Origin: Paraspadella gotoi
Taxonomy: Eukaryota > Animalia > Chaetognatha
NCBI GenBank assembly: GCA_051294375.1
Contig: CM119266.1
Coordinates: 2,196,306-2,260,305 of the forward strand
Direction of reading: 5' to 3'
Length of the DNA stretch: 64,000 bases
Shown: piece after piece, positions 49,380 through 62,732 of the stretch
Layout of the letters: each line of letters begins with the position of its first letter
Numbering within the stretch: the stretch's first letter is position 1
The notes under the pieces: model-generated
What the model was told of the DNA's origin: nothing
The model's input: only the letters and a program-made list of their open reading frames with translations
The model's database searches: none
Program-made: the position numbers and the translations under genes

Positions 49380-50000
49380 GCGTCACGCTGTTTTTATATA
49401 AAAACTACTGCGCTTTTATAGGTTTGGCTGTGACTTACCGTTTTTTTTTAAATAAAAATTATTATGAATTATGATAAAGTTTTACAAAAGTGTGCGATCA
49501 TAGTAAGTTAAAAATTTAGATATGGCTTCTCATCTTGAAATAGCTTTGATATTTTCTTATTACATTTTGATTTAAGTATTTTTTTTTCTTTTTGCCTTTA
49601 ATTTCACTTAAAAATCACATGTAAATCATATTTTAAAAATATTCAACAGTCACCTGAGCCTCTGGTTCCGGAATCTCGTTGTAATTCATTCCTGAAGTCT
49701 TTCGGTAAGAATATATATATATATTGTTATTTTAATTCATAGAATACATAATTTTGAAAGTATATCGAACCGTAATAATAGTTATTCTTTGTCGAATTTC
49801 CCTCGAATTTAACGAAATTATAATTTCGAATCATCAATTGGTCAACTTTGTCGTCGTCGTCGGCGTCGGCGTCGTCGAGAACGCCGGCATTGATTGAACA
49901 CGGCGCCCCTTTTTGCGGCGTTGTTTCTGACGGCGTGGTTTTCGACGCCGCCTCGAGTGGCGGCCGCGTCTCGTCGTGCGCAGGCGACGGAGAAAGGAAT
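44104..50000 (-). CDS. unknown multi-exon gene (>=13 exons, >=~565 aa, 5' end not found): coiled coil, two Cys clusters, NPF/NPY motifs
   Basis: Phase-compatible GT-AG exons 50000-49771, 49691-49654, 48460-48298 (2 extra nt here; the copy at ~56710-56875 restores the frame at that site), 47631-47563, 47055-46967, 46784-46678, 46561-46358, 46046-45950, 45791-45665, 45578-45545, 45084-45022, 44792-44598, 44391-44104. ...DLISELHEFLYDSVVADVYRFERKSQLKKSSSISKNDVDSYYRELKMQIDAEMKKRHHQSNEANANERALHMASSKVWMNMTLEDMAERFSIESRERRRDLEEQRQLELQRIAQMENRN...FPFCNCLCLRRDKK...KPQFETNPF...YCFSCFGDKKK...KPGFGTNPYGDDDD...MG*. Confidence 0.75.
45152..45450 (-). mobile_element. Penelope-like pLTR fragment with a minimal hammerhead core, in an intron
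   Basis: Shares caacgattt..ttttatt, gacatgtttcg..cttcatcag, agagacaa..tacatta..taatgtacaacaa and taagtgaaaaat-like blocks with 55745-56122. Confidence 0.6.
45176..45211 (-). ncRNA. minimal type I hammerhead ribozyme motif
   Basis: CTGATGA-A-GACTC-GAAATGAA-GAGTC-GAAA-CATGTC: perfect 5-bp stem II and palindromic ACATGT stem III; stem I is weak. Confidence 0.6.
48490..49080. repeat. ~23-bp G-rich minisatellite (GGGGTGATAAAAGACAGGGGGAA), ~25 copies; duplicated at ~56890-57525
   Basis: Direct inspection; intronic in the 44104-50000 gene. Confidence 0.9.
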
Positions 50001-51270
50001 CTAACGGGATTGAGTTTATTTACTCAAGAAAAAAGAGGAAATCAGGAGAACTTGTAGCGGCCTGTTATGAGCTGTTATCGCCTGTCAGCGCCTGTCGCGA
50101 CCGGTAAAGGCCCTTCTTGGCCGCGCACAAATTTTCTACCTTCGCTAACGCATCACCGATATGCCGCATTACCAAAGTTTTTAAATTCAGAAATTGTAAG
50201 AACCGAATGACCTGCCTTTTCTGATGGTTAATCTCTTTTCTTGGCTTTTAATCACCTAATCTCATGATCATTTGCTTCTTAATCCATCGATTAATCTCGT
50301 TTCTTTAATCACCTAATCTCCTGATCTTTTCCTTTTTTTAATCACTCGATTCTCTGTCAGAATCACTCGTTTTTCTCCATCGCGATTCTTTTTTCCGCGG
50401 GCGAATTCTTTAAACTCTTTCTAAGCATTATTTTAAACTCAGTTAAATTTCAGTAATTGTTTTTTTTTTTCTTTTAAAATTAAATTGTTCGTTGGTGTTT
50501 ATGAGATCAAAGGCGAATATAGTGTAGATTTAAAGAATGAATGTTTTGTAATGAGTTTTTGTTAGTTTTAACAAGATATTTCAACGAATAAAAAATAGTG
50601 CTTAAATTTAAAAGGCTTTATAAATTATTGACATAATTGAATTAAATTTATTTTAACTAAATTAAATTGATTAAAATGAATCCGTTCTCCCTCAATCCCA
50701 TCCTTAGCCATCTCCACCACCATTCCCCAGCACCCCATCCACCGCCCCCCACCCCCAATCTAAACCACCTCACCACCTCGTCCACTGACCCGCGATCCCT
50801 CACAAAAGAGGACGCCCAAACGGGTGGGGGTAGAACTGGGGGGTTAGCGACGGCGCCGCAGAAGAAATTTTGCGCCGCGTCGGATTGCTTCGACGCCGAA
50901 GCGATATAGGAGTGACGCCGGTGTGTCGAAGAGCGTCAAAGTGGGTGGCTATAAGAGAGGGTAATAAAGTGAAGCGAATAAGTTAAGTGGGTCACTGTGC
51001 ACTTGACGATGAAGGTCCGATGGGGAGTCCGTTGGAGGGTCCGATGGCGGGTCCGCTAAGGCGAACAAAGAGATAACGAGTAACGGCGCTCTCAGGGCGC
51101 CGTCGAAACCCTTGGGGACTCCCCCGTTCTGCGGCGACGCCCACATTTCGGCGTCTTTTTTTAGTCCCCAGCGGCGTCGACGTCTTCACGCCACATCAAT
51201 TCGCCATATTCCCGCGCAACTGGGAGGAAAACGGGATCGTAACGACGGCCATTGCCCCTTGTTGTTGTTT

Positions 51271-51312
<42 letters not shown>

Positions 51313-52353
51313 GTATTGTTTTTGCTGTTGTTGTAGTTCTTAGAGTTGCCGTCGTTGTTGTTTTCCGCGTTTTTGATGATTTGTTTTCGCTGTTGTTGTT
51401 GTTTTGTTTGTTTTTTTTTTTGCTTCATGTTTTTAAATGTTTTATTTTCTCGTGTCGCTTTTTTGTTTATTTTGTTGTTTAGTTTATTAGTTTTTTTTTG
51501 TATTAAACTACTAACAAGCTCATCCTAATTGTTGTCTGAGGTTGAATTTTTTTAATAAATGCAAAAAAAAATGTATGCATCTTTTATTAAAGCCATGATT
51601 CAGGGATTTATGTAGGAAAGAGTATGTAAGTACAATATACATACATACTTCGACTAATTTTTTTTAAACTTCAAAAAAATTGATTGTAGGTTTTACAAGT
51701 TTTACAATTTTTGATTGATTACTTAATGGTAAGTACAGCTTACAGCAAATTCTTGCTTTATAATTCACTTAGTCGGACCGTCGGTCCGCCCCCCCAATTT
51801 TTTTCGGTAAGTTACTTAAATTATGTCAGAACATCGAAAATACAAAATAATATAAACCAAAAACGACTAAAATCACTATGTAAAATGAATGAGAGGGCAA
51901 GAAAGAGTAAAAAGGATATAAATGAGATGCGAGATAAGAAATTGGATTGTTTTTAAAGGATTAAGTTTGAATTTCATACTGGAGATCGGAGAAAAACAAT
52001 CGTAAACATTTTCATGAAATGAAGAAAGGAACTATCGAGGTTCAAATGGGGATCAGCCAAAGAAAAAAAGGGATGATGATCGCCATCGTGGACGAAATGG
52101 AGACCAATTGTTGAGGATCGACGAACCACCCCGACCCCCAATCTCCACCTTTTACCACTTATCCCCCACCAACTCTCCTTCCTCCCCTTTCCCCGCGCGA
52201 TCATGGGCCGATTCTGGAAGCGTTCCCGCCCTTTCGGCCAATTTAGCCAAAAATGGGTAAAATGGAGCGATAGAGAAACCATTCGGTTCACATGAGGTTC
52301 GAATCTCACCATTTTTTTATGAGAGAGAGAGAGAGAGAGACGAGAGAGAGAGA

Positions 52354-52401
<48 letters not shown>

Positions 52402-52768
52402 TAGAGAGAGAGAGACAATGTTAACATACCCCTCCTAAAAGATAAATATTTTTATGTTTAGATAATTAAAAAAAGAAAATGAATCAAACCGTATAGAGTA
52501 AAATATAAACATTTTAAAATCGAAAATCTTTAAGTAGTGAAACGAGCAATTTTAATTGTAAAGATGTAAAAAATGTATTTCAAGTTTTGTAAGTATTTAT
52601 ACAATAAAATTTCTTTTTGTATAGAATTAGGTTTTAATGCTAATTTTCGTCTATTTATACGTACCACCTCTTATTGTTTGCGCCTTAACTTTCCGTTCTA
52701 CTTCGCAGCAGTCCCGCAGCATCCGGCGACGATTTTATTTACTGCGCTGCGGCGACGACGGGCGACTT

Positions 52769-52808
<40 letters not shown>

Positions 52809-52932
52809 CGATAAAAACGCGGAGAGAATTTTGAATCTTTGAAAAAAAGGGAAAAACTGAAAAGTCAAAAGGAAATAAATTCGTCTTCTTTTTCTGACCT
52901 AAAGGAGAAAGGGAGGAAGAAAAAAAGGAAAG

Positions 52933-53038
<106 letters not shown>

Positions 53039-53949
53039 GAAAAAAAGAAAGAAAGAGACAATGGAAGAAAGTAAAAGTAAAAGACGAGAAAAAGGAAAAA
53101 GGAAAAAGACCGGAGGAGGAAAAGGAGGAATGGGACCCGGATCGACCCGATTCAAAGTTATGAATTTTCGTGATAAATTCTTTTTCTCCACTTGACCCAC
53201 TTGCATCTTTTCTCGCCCTCTTTTTTCTCCAATTCCGGCCGCTCTTCTTCTTCTTCTTCTTCTTCTTCTTCTTCTTCTTCTTTTTCTTCTTCTTCTTCTT
53301 CTTCTTCATCCTCCTCCTCCTCCTCCTCCTCCTTCCTCTTTTCCCTTCCCTTCCTTTCTTTCTGCTTCTCTCAACTACATTTATTTATTTATTTATTTAT
53401 CCATCTATTATTTATTTATTTATCCTCAATTAATTTCCCTGTTTTATTTTTTGTTCCTTTATTATTTATTCTTTTCCCCATGAAAATAAGGAACTACTTT
53501 TCCTTTAATTATTTTTTTTTATATTCACAAACACTCGGTTCTTCATTCATCTTCTCTTTTTTTTCCTTTCTTTTTTCCTATCCTTTACTATCCTTTACTT
53601 TATTTCTTACTCTTTATTCCTCTGCTTTTTCTCCTTTTTCCTTTCTGCCCTTTCCTCCCTTCATTTTTTCCCTCTATCTTCTCCTTTCCTTTCCTCTTCC
53701 ACCTTTCCTTTCTCCCTTTCCTTTCCTCCTCCCCTATCCCCATTTTTTTCTCCTCTTTCCTCCCCTTCTTCCTTCCCTTTTCTTTCTCTCCTTTTCCCCT
53801 TTCCTTCTCCTTTCGCTGGTCCGGCCTCCTCGGCCTCTCTGCATATGGAACGCTTAGCTTGATTAAAATCCTGCCCTACCAACTACAGACTATATTTTAG
53901 GCTTTTGGCGGACATTTTCATTATCAAAATCGTCGCCGCTCCGTTCCGC

Positions 53950-53987
<38 letters not shown>

Positions 53988-54831
53988 TCTCTCTCTCTCT
54001 GCTCGTTAACTAAATCGCGCACTCTTGCCTTTCTCCTTCGTTTTGTTATAAATGTCTCTCGTTATTTGTACGATGCGAGACGATGTACTTACATTTTTTA
54101 TTAATGTAAAATGTAAAATGACGATATTAAGCTCTCAGTAAACACTTGAAGCCTTTTACTCTCTAGAAGCTACGCGCACTCTGCATTTCGCCCAAGAGTG
54201 CGAAAACGCGTCTCACCCATTCCTTACCCGAACCTTACCCTCGGCGATCCGGCGTCTCGACCCTAAGGGGCGGCGAGGACAGAACTTACTTTATTTTCTG
54301 TAGCCCAGGCCCTTCTCACTGTGCCTTACCATGCTTCAAAGCACTTCTGGCCCCCCTCTCGCCTCGTCGGGCCGTCACGACCCCGATGGAACCTCCTTCG
54401 TATTGAAAACGACCCCTGAGGTCGGGCCGGAGCCGGAGCCGGAGCCGGGCCGGAGCCGGGTCGGCCCGGGTCCACTNNNNNNNNNNNNNNNNNNNNNNNN
54501 NAGGAGAGAGATCGCATTGGCCGGCTTTTCTCCCCGCATCGGCTCCTGTTGTTTCAGACCAGATCGCTTCCTCCTTCCTTCCCTTTATTTTTCCGACCAC
54601 ACCTCGCCCTCCCACGGACTTTTCTCTCCATTTCCCAACATCCTCCCACCCCCTTCTGCCTCTCCACCTCCCCCCCCTTCTCCGACTTTGAACCCGTACC
54701 CCGCGATCGGCCCCGCCTCAAAGACCGACGTGTTAGGCAGAACCATTAGCAGAGTTGGCCGAGTCAAGTCCGCGCTTTATTTGTCGATTGCTCAACCAAT
54801 AAACCTCCCTCTCTCTGTCTCTCTCTCGTCT

Positions 54832-54864
<33 letters not shown>

Positions 54865-55767
54865 TCTCTTCTCTCCTCTCTCTCTCTCTCTCTCTCTCCA
54901 GGTCAGAGTCTGGAAGTCAATCGTGATTTTACAGCTCTTGCCTCAAAAGAGACCGCGCGTCGCCCCTGTTTTTCTCAGTTGACAAATAGGAATTTACCTT
55001 CACCAAGACGTTAATGAAAATAATAGTCAGTACACAGAATATTTCATATAACTATACAATACTTTCTATTTTTTTGCTTTACGTCATAATATTTCGATTT
55101 TTTCCATGTTTTTATGTTTATTTTTTGCTCTCTGGTTCTCTCTTCTACAATCAACGCGATTTTAACAATACATGTTGGCAAATCATGTTGCATTACATTT
55201 TAACTTTAAAACACTCGTCGTCGTCCTCGTCATCGTCGTCGTCGTCTTCCTCGCTCCTCCCGCCTTCTCCACATAACGCCTTTGATTGAATTGTAGTCCT
55301 CTGTTGGGTGGTGATTTGGCCAATGGAGAAACGACGACTGTGACTATCAAGTTTTTGTAGTTGAGGTGATTTTTTTATGAAATCAATCATTTTTGGGCTT
55401 TACTCGTTATTCGTCCCTTTATTCTTTTGCGTTTAATTCTTTATTCTTTATTCTTTATTCTTTATTCTTTTGCTCAAGGCGTTGAACTAAAATGAGCAAT
55501 GCTCTCTTTATTTTTATCTCTTTTTTCAAAATAATTGTTTTGGTTTCCCGTTCGCTGCTTTCCGCATTTCAGTGATTTCCAGTTTAACCGGATTCTCCAA
55601 GAAAAAAAACGTGTTTTAATATTTTTATTTTTCGAAAGTTCTTTCTTTTCTTTGTGTTTCAGGTATTGAATTGAATATGAAGACGAACTCTTTTCAACAA
55701 CGATTTGATTTTTATTTGAAATTAAAGACAAAGTCTTGATACAGCAACGATTTGATTTTATTGTACA

Positions 55768-55801
55768 GACAAGTTTCGGCTTTCATTCAAGCCTTCATCA
55801 G
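55768..55801 (-). ncRNA. minimal type I hammerhead ribozyme motif
   Basis: GCA-CTGATGA-A-GGCTT-GAATGA-AAGCC-GAAA-CTTGTC-TGT: 5-bp stem II and 3-bp stem I. Confidence 0.6.
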
Positions 55802-55849
55802 TGCTTTTTACAATTCACAATTTTCACAATTGATTTTTATCATAACAGG

Positions 55850-55883
55850 GACATGTTTCGGTTTTCATGCAAGCCTTCATCAG
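55850..55883 (-). ncRNA. minimal hammerhead ribozyme motif (tandem partner, one stem II mismatch)
   Basis: CTGATGA-A-GGCTT-GCATGA-AAACC-GAAA-CATGTC, 82 nt from the other core. Confidence 0.5.
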
Positions 55884-56490
55884 CGCATTTTGGCTATTTC
55901 ACATTTTCGGTTTTTTAATATGACTTTTGAGAGAGAGAGAGNNNNNNNNNNAGAGACAATACATTAGTTAATGTACAACAATAATAAAATTAATAAATAA
56001 ATATGTAAACAGACTTAATAGGTAAACTAAATTTAAATTAGATTGAATTAAGAAATTGAAATTTAGATGAAATGGAAATAAAGATGTTAAGGGATAGGAA
56101 AGTAAAAGATTTAAGTGAAAAATAAGAAGAAGAAAGAAGCTCAAAATGAGCTGGTCCCCCCCCCTGAGTCAACGAAGGGGGATGCTGGCGATGTGGTCGG
56201 GTCATTGGCTTGTCATAGGTTGAGAGGACATTGTGAGGGAGTACGACATGGTCGCCGACCATTGGTCGGGTCCGGTAGAGACCCAGCTGGAAAGAGACCA
56301 AGTGCAACTCGAATATCTCTATATGTCAAAATGCGCTGATGAAGGCTTGTGTGGCGAATCCTAAATTCGTTTCCCGTATAGCTTGGTGAAACTCAGCTCG
56401 TCCCATTGGCTTGGACAGCTCAGTACTCGTTCACAAATCGTGAGTTCCGGGTTCAATCCCCTTACGGTCACGCTGGTTAGAGAAGAGAAT

Positions 56491-59400
56491 CGGGAGATCG
56501 ATTCGGCGAAAAATCTTCTATGGCGAAAATCTTCCAAAAGAAGGGGTGAATTTTCCGAAGATTTTTGGGTTAATATTTTCTATATTTAGTCCGGATTTTT
56601 TTGAAACTTAATAATTAACAATATTGCCACATTCGTAATTACCTTGGCCGGTAATAGAGAATATAATTAAAAAAGCTTCGGGCTTATGTTCGTCAGAGCT
56701 TAGTCCTACCTGTAGACGTCGGCCGACAAACAGAAATCGTAGAGAAATTCGTGCAACTCCGCAGATGAGATCTTCCTCAATTTCGAGTAAGAGTTCGCTG
56801 TAAACTTGGTTGTTGTAGTGGAGAAGTTCCTCTCGCTTTGATCTTCTCTTCCTCCGCCTCCAGGGGATGCCTCTGCCTCGGCATGTTGAGTAGGGGGAAG
56901 GGGTGAATAATGAAGAGGGGGAACGTGATGAGGACATGCAGGAGGGAAGGGGTGATGAAATACAAAGGAGGAAGGGGTGATAAAAAGATCACGGGGTAAG
57001 TGGTGATAAAAGACAGGGGGAAGCGGTGAATAAAAGACAGGGGGAGCGGTGATGAAAAGACGAGGGGAAACGGGGTGAAAAAAGACAGGGGGAAGGGTGA
57101 TAAAAGAACAGGGGGAGGGGTGATAAAGAGAGGGGGACAGGGTGATAAAGACGAAGGGGGAGGGGCTGATAAAAGACGAGCTGATCGGGGACAGGGGTGA
57201 TAAAAGACAGGGGGAGGATGGGTGATAAAAGAGACAGGAGGAGAGGGGTGAGTAAAAGAGCAGTGGGGAAGGGTAATAAAGATCAGGGGAAGGGGTTGAT
57301 TAAAAGACAGGCGGGGGAAGGGGTGAATAAAGAGGACAGGGGGAGGGTTGATAAAAGACACGGCTAGGTTAGGGGTGATAAAAGACGAGGGGGAGAGGGG
57401 TTGATAAAAGAGCAGGGGGAGGGGTGATAAACACAGGGGGGGGAAGGGGTGACTAAAGACAGGGGGAAAGGGGTGATAAAAGAGAGGGGGAAGTGGTGAT
57501 AAACGACAGGGGGAAGGGGTTGTAAGAGTGGAGGTGGTAGAATGGGAAATTGGTTAGGTGGTTATGTGGTGAATGGGGGAAAGAAATATTCAGTTTGGGT
57601 GGGTTGGTGTCTCAAGAAAGTAAAGTAAATAAATTACGTAATTACATAGCGAAAACTTAAATGATATAAAATGATAAATAATTAAATAAATACATATGAA
57701 TATAAAGAACTCAATATCCCGAGCTTAATTATCGAGCCATGACGCGTCGAAGCGGTTTCCAGGCCTTGATTTGTTCGGGTAAGCTTCCTTTGTGACGTCG
57801 TTCGTCGTCGTCGTTCGTTCGTCGTCGTCGGTCAGGCGTCACGCTGTATTTTAGTATAAAAACTACTGCGCTTTTACATAGGTTTGGCTGTGAACTTACC
57901 GTTGTTTTTTTAAAATAAATTTATGAAGTTGATGATAAAGTTTTAACAAAAGTGTGGCGATCATAGTAAGTTTAAAAATTTAGATATGGCTTCTCATACT
58001 TGAATAGCTTTGATATTTTCTTATTAACATTTTGATTTAAGTATTTTTTTTCTTTTTGCCTTTAATTCACTTAAAAAATCAGCATGTAAATCATATTTTA
58101 AAACTATTCAACAGTCCACCTGAGCGCTCTGGTTTCCGGAATCTCGTTGTAATCTCCATTTCCTGAAGTCTTTCGGTAAGAATAGTATATAATATTATTG
58201 TTATTTTAATTCATAGAATACATAATTTGAAAGTATATCGAAAACCGTAATAATAGTTATTCTTTGTCGAACTTTTCCCCTGAATTTAACGAAATAATAA
58301 ATTTCCGAATCATCAAATTGGTCCAAACTTTGTCGTCGTCGTCGCGTCGCGTTCGTTCGAGAAACGCCCGGCATTGATTGAAACACGTTGGCGCCCCTTT
58401 TTACGGCGTTGTTTGCTGACGGCGTGGTTTTTTTCGGAACGCCGCCTCGCGAGTGCGGCCGGCGTCTCGTCGGTGGGCGCAGGCGACGGAACGAAAGGAA
58501 TTCTAACGGATTGAGTTATATTTTACTCAAGAATAAAAGAGGAAATCAGGAGAACTTGTAGCGGCCTGTTTATGAGCTGTTATCCCTGTCAGCGCCTGTC
58601 GCGACCGGTAAAGGCCTTCTTGGCCGCGCACAAATTTTCCTACCGTTGCGCTAAAACGCATCACCGATATGCCGCATTACCAAACGTTTTTTAAATTCAG
58701 AAATTGCTAAGAACCGAATGACCTGGCCTTTTCTGATGGTTAATCTCTTTTGCTCTCTTGCTTTTAAATCACCTAAGCTCATGATCATTTGCTTCTAATC
58801 CATCGATTTAATACTCGTTTCCTTTAATCACCTAATCTCCTGATCCTTTTCCTTTTTTTTTAATCATTCGATTCTTCTGTCAGAATCACTTCGTTTTTTC
58901 TGTGTCATCCGCGATTACTTTTTTCCGCGGGCGAATTCTTTAAAACTCTTTCTAAGCGATTATTTTAAACTCAGTTAAATTTCAGTAATTGTTTTTTTTT
59001 CTTTTAAAATTAATTGTCGTTGGTGTTTTTATGAGATCAAAAGGCGAATTAGTGTTAGATTTAAAGAAATGAATGTTTTGTAATGAGTTTATTTTGTTAG
59101 TTTTAACAAGAATATTTCAATCGAATACAAAATAGTGCTTAAATTTAAGAGGCTTTATAAATTATGACATAATTGAATTAAAATTTATTTTAACTAAATT
59201 AAATTGATTAAAATGAATCCGTTCTCGCCTCAATCCGCATCCTTAGCCATCTCCAACCACCATTCCCAGCACCCCATCCTACCGCCCCCACCCCAATCTT
59301 AAACCACCATTCCACCACCCTCGTCCTACTGACACCGCGATCCCTCACAAAAGAGGACGCCCAAACGGTGGGGGTAGAACTGGGGGGTTAGACGACGTTG

Positions 59401-60967
59401 TGCGCCGCAGAAGAAAATTTTTGCGCCGCGTCGGATTGCTTTCGACGCCGAAGCGTTATATAGGAGCTGGACGCCGGTGTGTCGAAGAGCGTCAAAAGTT
59501 GGGTGGAATGATAAGAGAGGGTAATAAGTGAAGCGAATAAGTTAAAGTGGGTCACTGTGCACTTGACGATGAAGGTCCGATGGGGAGTCCGTTGGAGGGT
59601 CGCGAATGGCGGGTCCGTAGGGCGAACAAAGAGATAACGAGTAACGGCCGGCTCTCAGGGCGCCGTGAAACCTTGGGGACTCCCCCGTTTCTGGCGGCGA
59701 CGCCCACATTTCGGCGTCTTTTTTTAGTCCCCAGCGGCGTCGACGTCTTCAGCGCCACATCAATTCGCCATATTCCGAGCAACTGGGAGGAAAACGGGAT
59801 CGTAACGAGCGGCCATTGCCCCTTGTTGTTTGTTTTTGTTGTTGTTTCGTTGTTGTTGTGTTTGTTGTTGTTGTTTGTAATTGTTTTTGCTGTTGTTGTA
59901 GTCTTAGAGTTGCCGTCGTTGTTGTTTTCCCCGCGTTTTTGATGAATTTGTTTCGGCTGTTGTTGTTGTTTTTGTTTGTTTTTTTTTTTTGCTCATGTTT
60001 TTTTAAATGTTTATTTTTCGTGTCGCTTTTTTGTTTATTTTGTTCTTGTTTAGTTATTAGTTTTTTTTGTATTAAACTAGCTAACAAGCTCATCCTAAAT
60101 TGTTGTCTGAAGGTTGAAATTTTTTTAATAAATGCAAAAAAAAAATGTAATGCATCTTTTATTAAAGCCATGATTCAGGGATTTCATGTAGGAAAGAGTT
60201 TGTAAGTACAATATACATAATACTTTCGACTAATTTTTTTTAAACTTCAAAAAATTGATTGGTAGGTTATTACAAGTTTAGCAATTTTTGATTGATTACT
60301 TAATGGTAAGGTAGGCAGCTTACAGCCCAAATTCTTGCTTTATAATTCACTTAGTCGGTACCGTCGGTCCGCCCCCCCCAATTTTTTTCGGTAAGTTACT
60401 TATATTATGTCAGAACATCGAAAATACAAATAATATAAACCTAAAACGACTAAAATCACTATGTAAAAATTGAACTGAGAGGGCAAGAAAGAGTAAAAAG
60501 GATATAAATTGAGATGCGAGATAAGAAATTGGAATTGTTTTTAAAGGATGTAAGTTTTGAATTTCATAACCTGGAGAATGCCGGAAGAAAAACAATCGTA
60601 AACATTTTCATGAAATGAAGAAAGGAACTATCGAGGTTCAAATGGGGATCAGGCCAAAGAAAAAAAGGGATGATGATCGCCATGCAGTGGACGAAATGGA
60701 GACCATTGTTGAGGATCGCACGGAACCACCCGACCCCCAATCTCCACTTTTACCCACTTATCCCCCACCACTCCTCGCTTCCTCCCCTTTCCTGCCGCGC
60801 GATCATGGGCCGATTCTGGAAGCGCTTCCCGCCCTTTCGGCCAATTTAGCCCAAAAATGGTAAAATGCGATAGCGATAGACGAAACGCATTCGTTCAACA
60901 TGAGGTTTCGGGTTAATCTCAACCATTTTTTTATGAGAGAGAGAGAGAGAGAGACGAGAGAGAGAGA

Positions 60968-61015
<48 letters not shown>

Positions 61016-62683
61016 TAGAGAGTGAGAGAGACAATGTTAACATACCCTCTAAAGATAAATATTTTTAATGTTTATGATAATTAAAAAAAAGAATTGAATC
61101 AAACCGTAATAGAGTAAAATATAACATTTTAAATCGAAATCTTTAAGTAGTGAAACGAGCAATTTTATTGTAAAGATGTAAAAATGTATTTCAGTTTGTA
61201 AAGTATTTATACAATAAAATTTCGTTTTTGTATAGAATTAAGGCGTTTTTAATGCTAATTTTCGTCTACTTTATACGTACCCACCCCTCTTATTGTTTGG
61301 CGCCTTTAACTTTTTGCCGTTCTCTTCGCAGCTAGTCGCGCGCAGCATCCGGCGACGATTTTAATTACTGCGCTGCGGCGACGAACGGGCGACTTTGAAC
61401 GAACGACGACGACGACGACGACGACGACGAACGACGAGCGATAAAAACGCGAAGAGAATTTTGAATGCTTTGAAACAAAAGGGAAAAAACTGAAATAGTC
61501 AAAGGAAATAAATTCGGTTCTTCTGTTTTCTGACACTAAAGGAGAAAGGGAGGAAGAAAAAAGGAAAGGAAATAAAGAAAGAAAAGAAAGAAGAAAAGAA
61601 GAAAGAAAGAAAGAAAAGAAAGAAAGAAAGAAAGAAAAGAAAGAGAAAAAAAGAAAGATAATGAGACATATGCGAAGAAAGTAAAAGTAAAAGACGAGGA
61701 AAAAGGAAAGGAAAAAGATCCGGAGGAGGAAAAGGGAGGATGGGACCCCGGATCGGACCGATTGCAAAGTTACAAGTGAATTTTCTGTTGATAATTATTT
61801 CTTTTTTCTGCCACTTGACCGACTTGCTCTTTTTCTCGCCCTCGTCTTTTTTCTCCAATTCGCCGGCCGCTCTTCTCTCTTCTTACTTCCCTTCTCTTCT
61901 TTCTTCTTCTTTCTTTGGTCTTTCTTCTTCTTCTTCTCATCCTCCTCCTCGCTCCTCCTCCTCCTCCTTCCTCTTTTCCACCTTCCCGTTCCTTTCTTTC
62001 TGCTTCTCTCTCAACTACATTTATTTTATTTAATTTATTTATCCCATCTATTATTTATTTATTTATCACCTCATATTTAACGTTTTTATTTTTTGTTATA
62101 CCTTTATTATTTTTATTCTTTATCCCGCAAAAAATGAAGGAAATACTTTTATATCTTTATAATTATTTTTTTTTTATATTCAACAAACACTCCGGTTCTT
62201 CATATCATCTTCTCTTTTTTTCCTTTCTTTTTTCGCTATCCTTTCACAATCCTTTACTTTATTCTTACTCTTATTCCTCCTGCTTTTTATCCTTTTTCCT
62301 TTCTGCCTTTCCCTCCCTTCCATTTTTTCCCCATCTTATACTTCTCCTTTCACTTTCACTCTTCCACCCTTTTCCTTCTCCCGTTTCCTTCTCTCGCTGA
62401 CTATTCCCCATTTTTTTTCTCGCTCTTTTCCCCCTTCTTCGCTTCGCCTTTTCTTTCCTCTCCTTTTCCCTCTTCTCCTTCTTCCTTATTCGCTGGTCCG
62501 GCCATCTCTCGGCCTCTCTGACCATATGGAACGCTTAGCTTTGATGTAAAATCCTGGCCCTACCAAACATACAGACTATATTTTAGGCTTTGGCGGATCA
62601 TATATTGCACATTTCAAAATAACGTCGCCGCTCCGTTCCGCGTCTCTCCTCTGCTCATCTCTCTTCTTCTCTGCTCTCTCTAC

Positions 62684-62732
<49 letters not shown>

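Larger units (their letters stand above)
55690..56349 (-). mobile_element. Penelope-like retroelement 3' remnant: degenerate GIY-YIG C-terminus, pLTR with two tandem hammerhead cores, inverted pLTR stub
   Basis: ORF 56038..56307 contains GDHVVLPHNV...RQHPPSLTQGGG, resembling the H...N.....IR..P.LNR.GG end of PLE GIY-YIG endonucleases. HHR cores at 55768-55801 and 55850-55883. Perfect 23-bp inverted repeat 55870-55892/56327-56349. Confidence 0.6.

Noticed and set aside
56383-56470. tRNA gene suggested by the B-box GGTTCAATCCC
   Set aside because: No convincing cloverleaf; lies in error-rich sequence at the duplication junction; at most a SINE fragment.
56700-58510. Second gene copy (pseudogene) of the 5' exons of the 44104-50000 gene
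   Set aside because: Differences are scattered 1-nt indels typical of raw long reads, so it is treated as a probable assembly duplicate.
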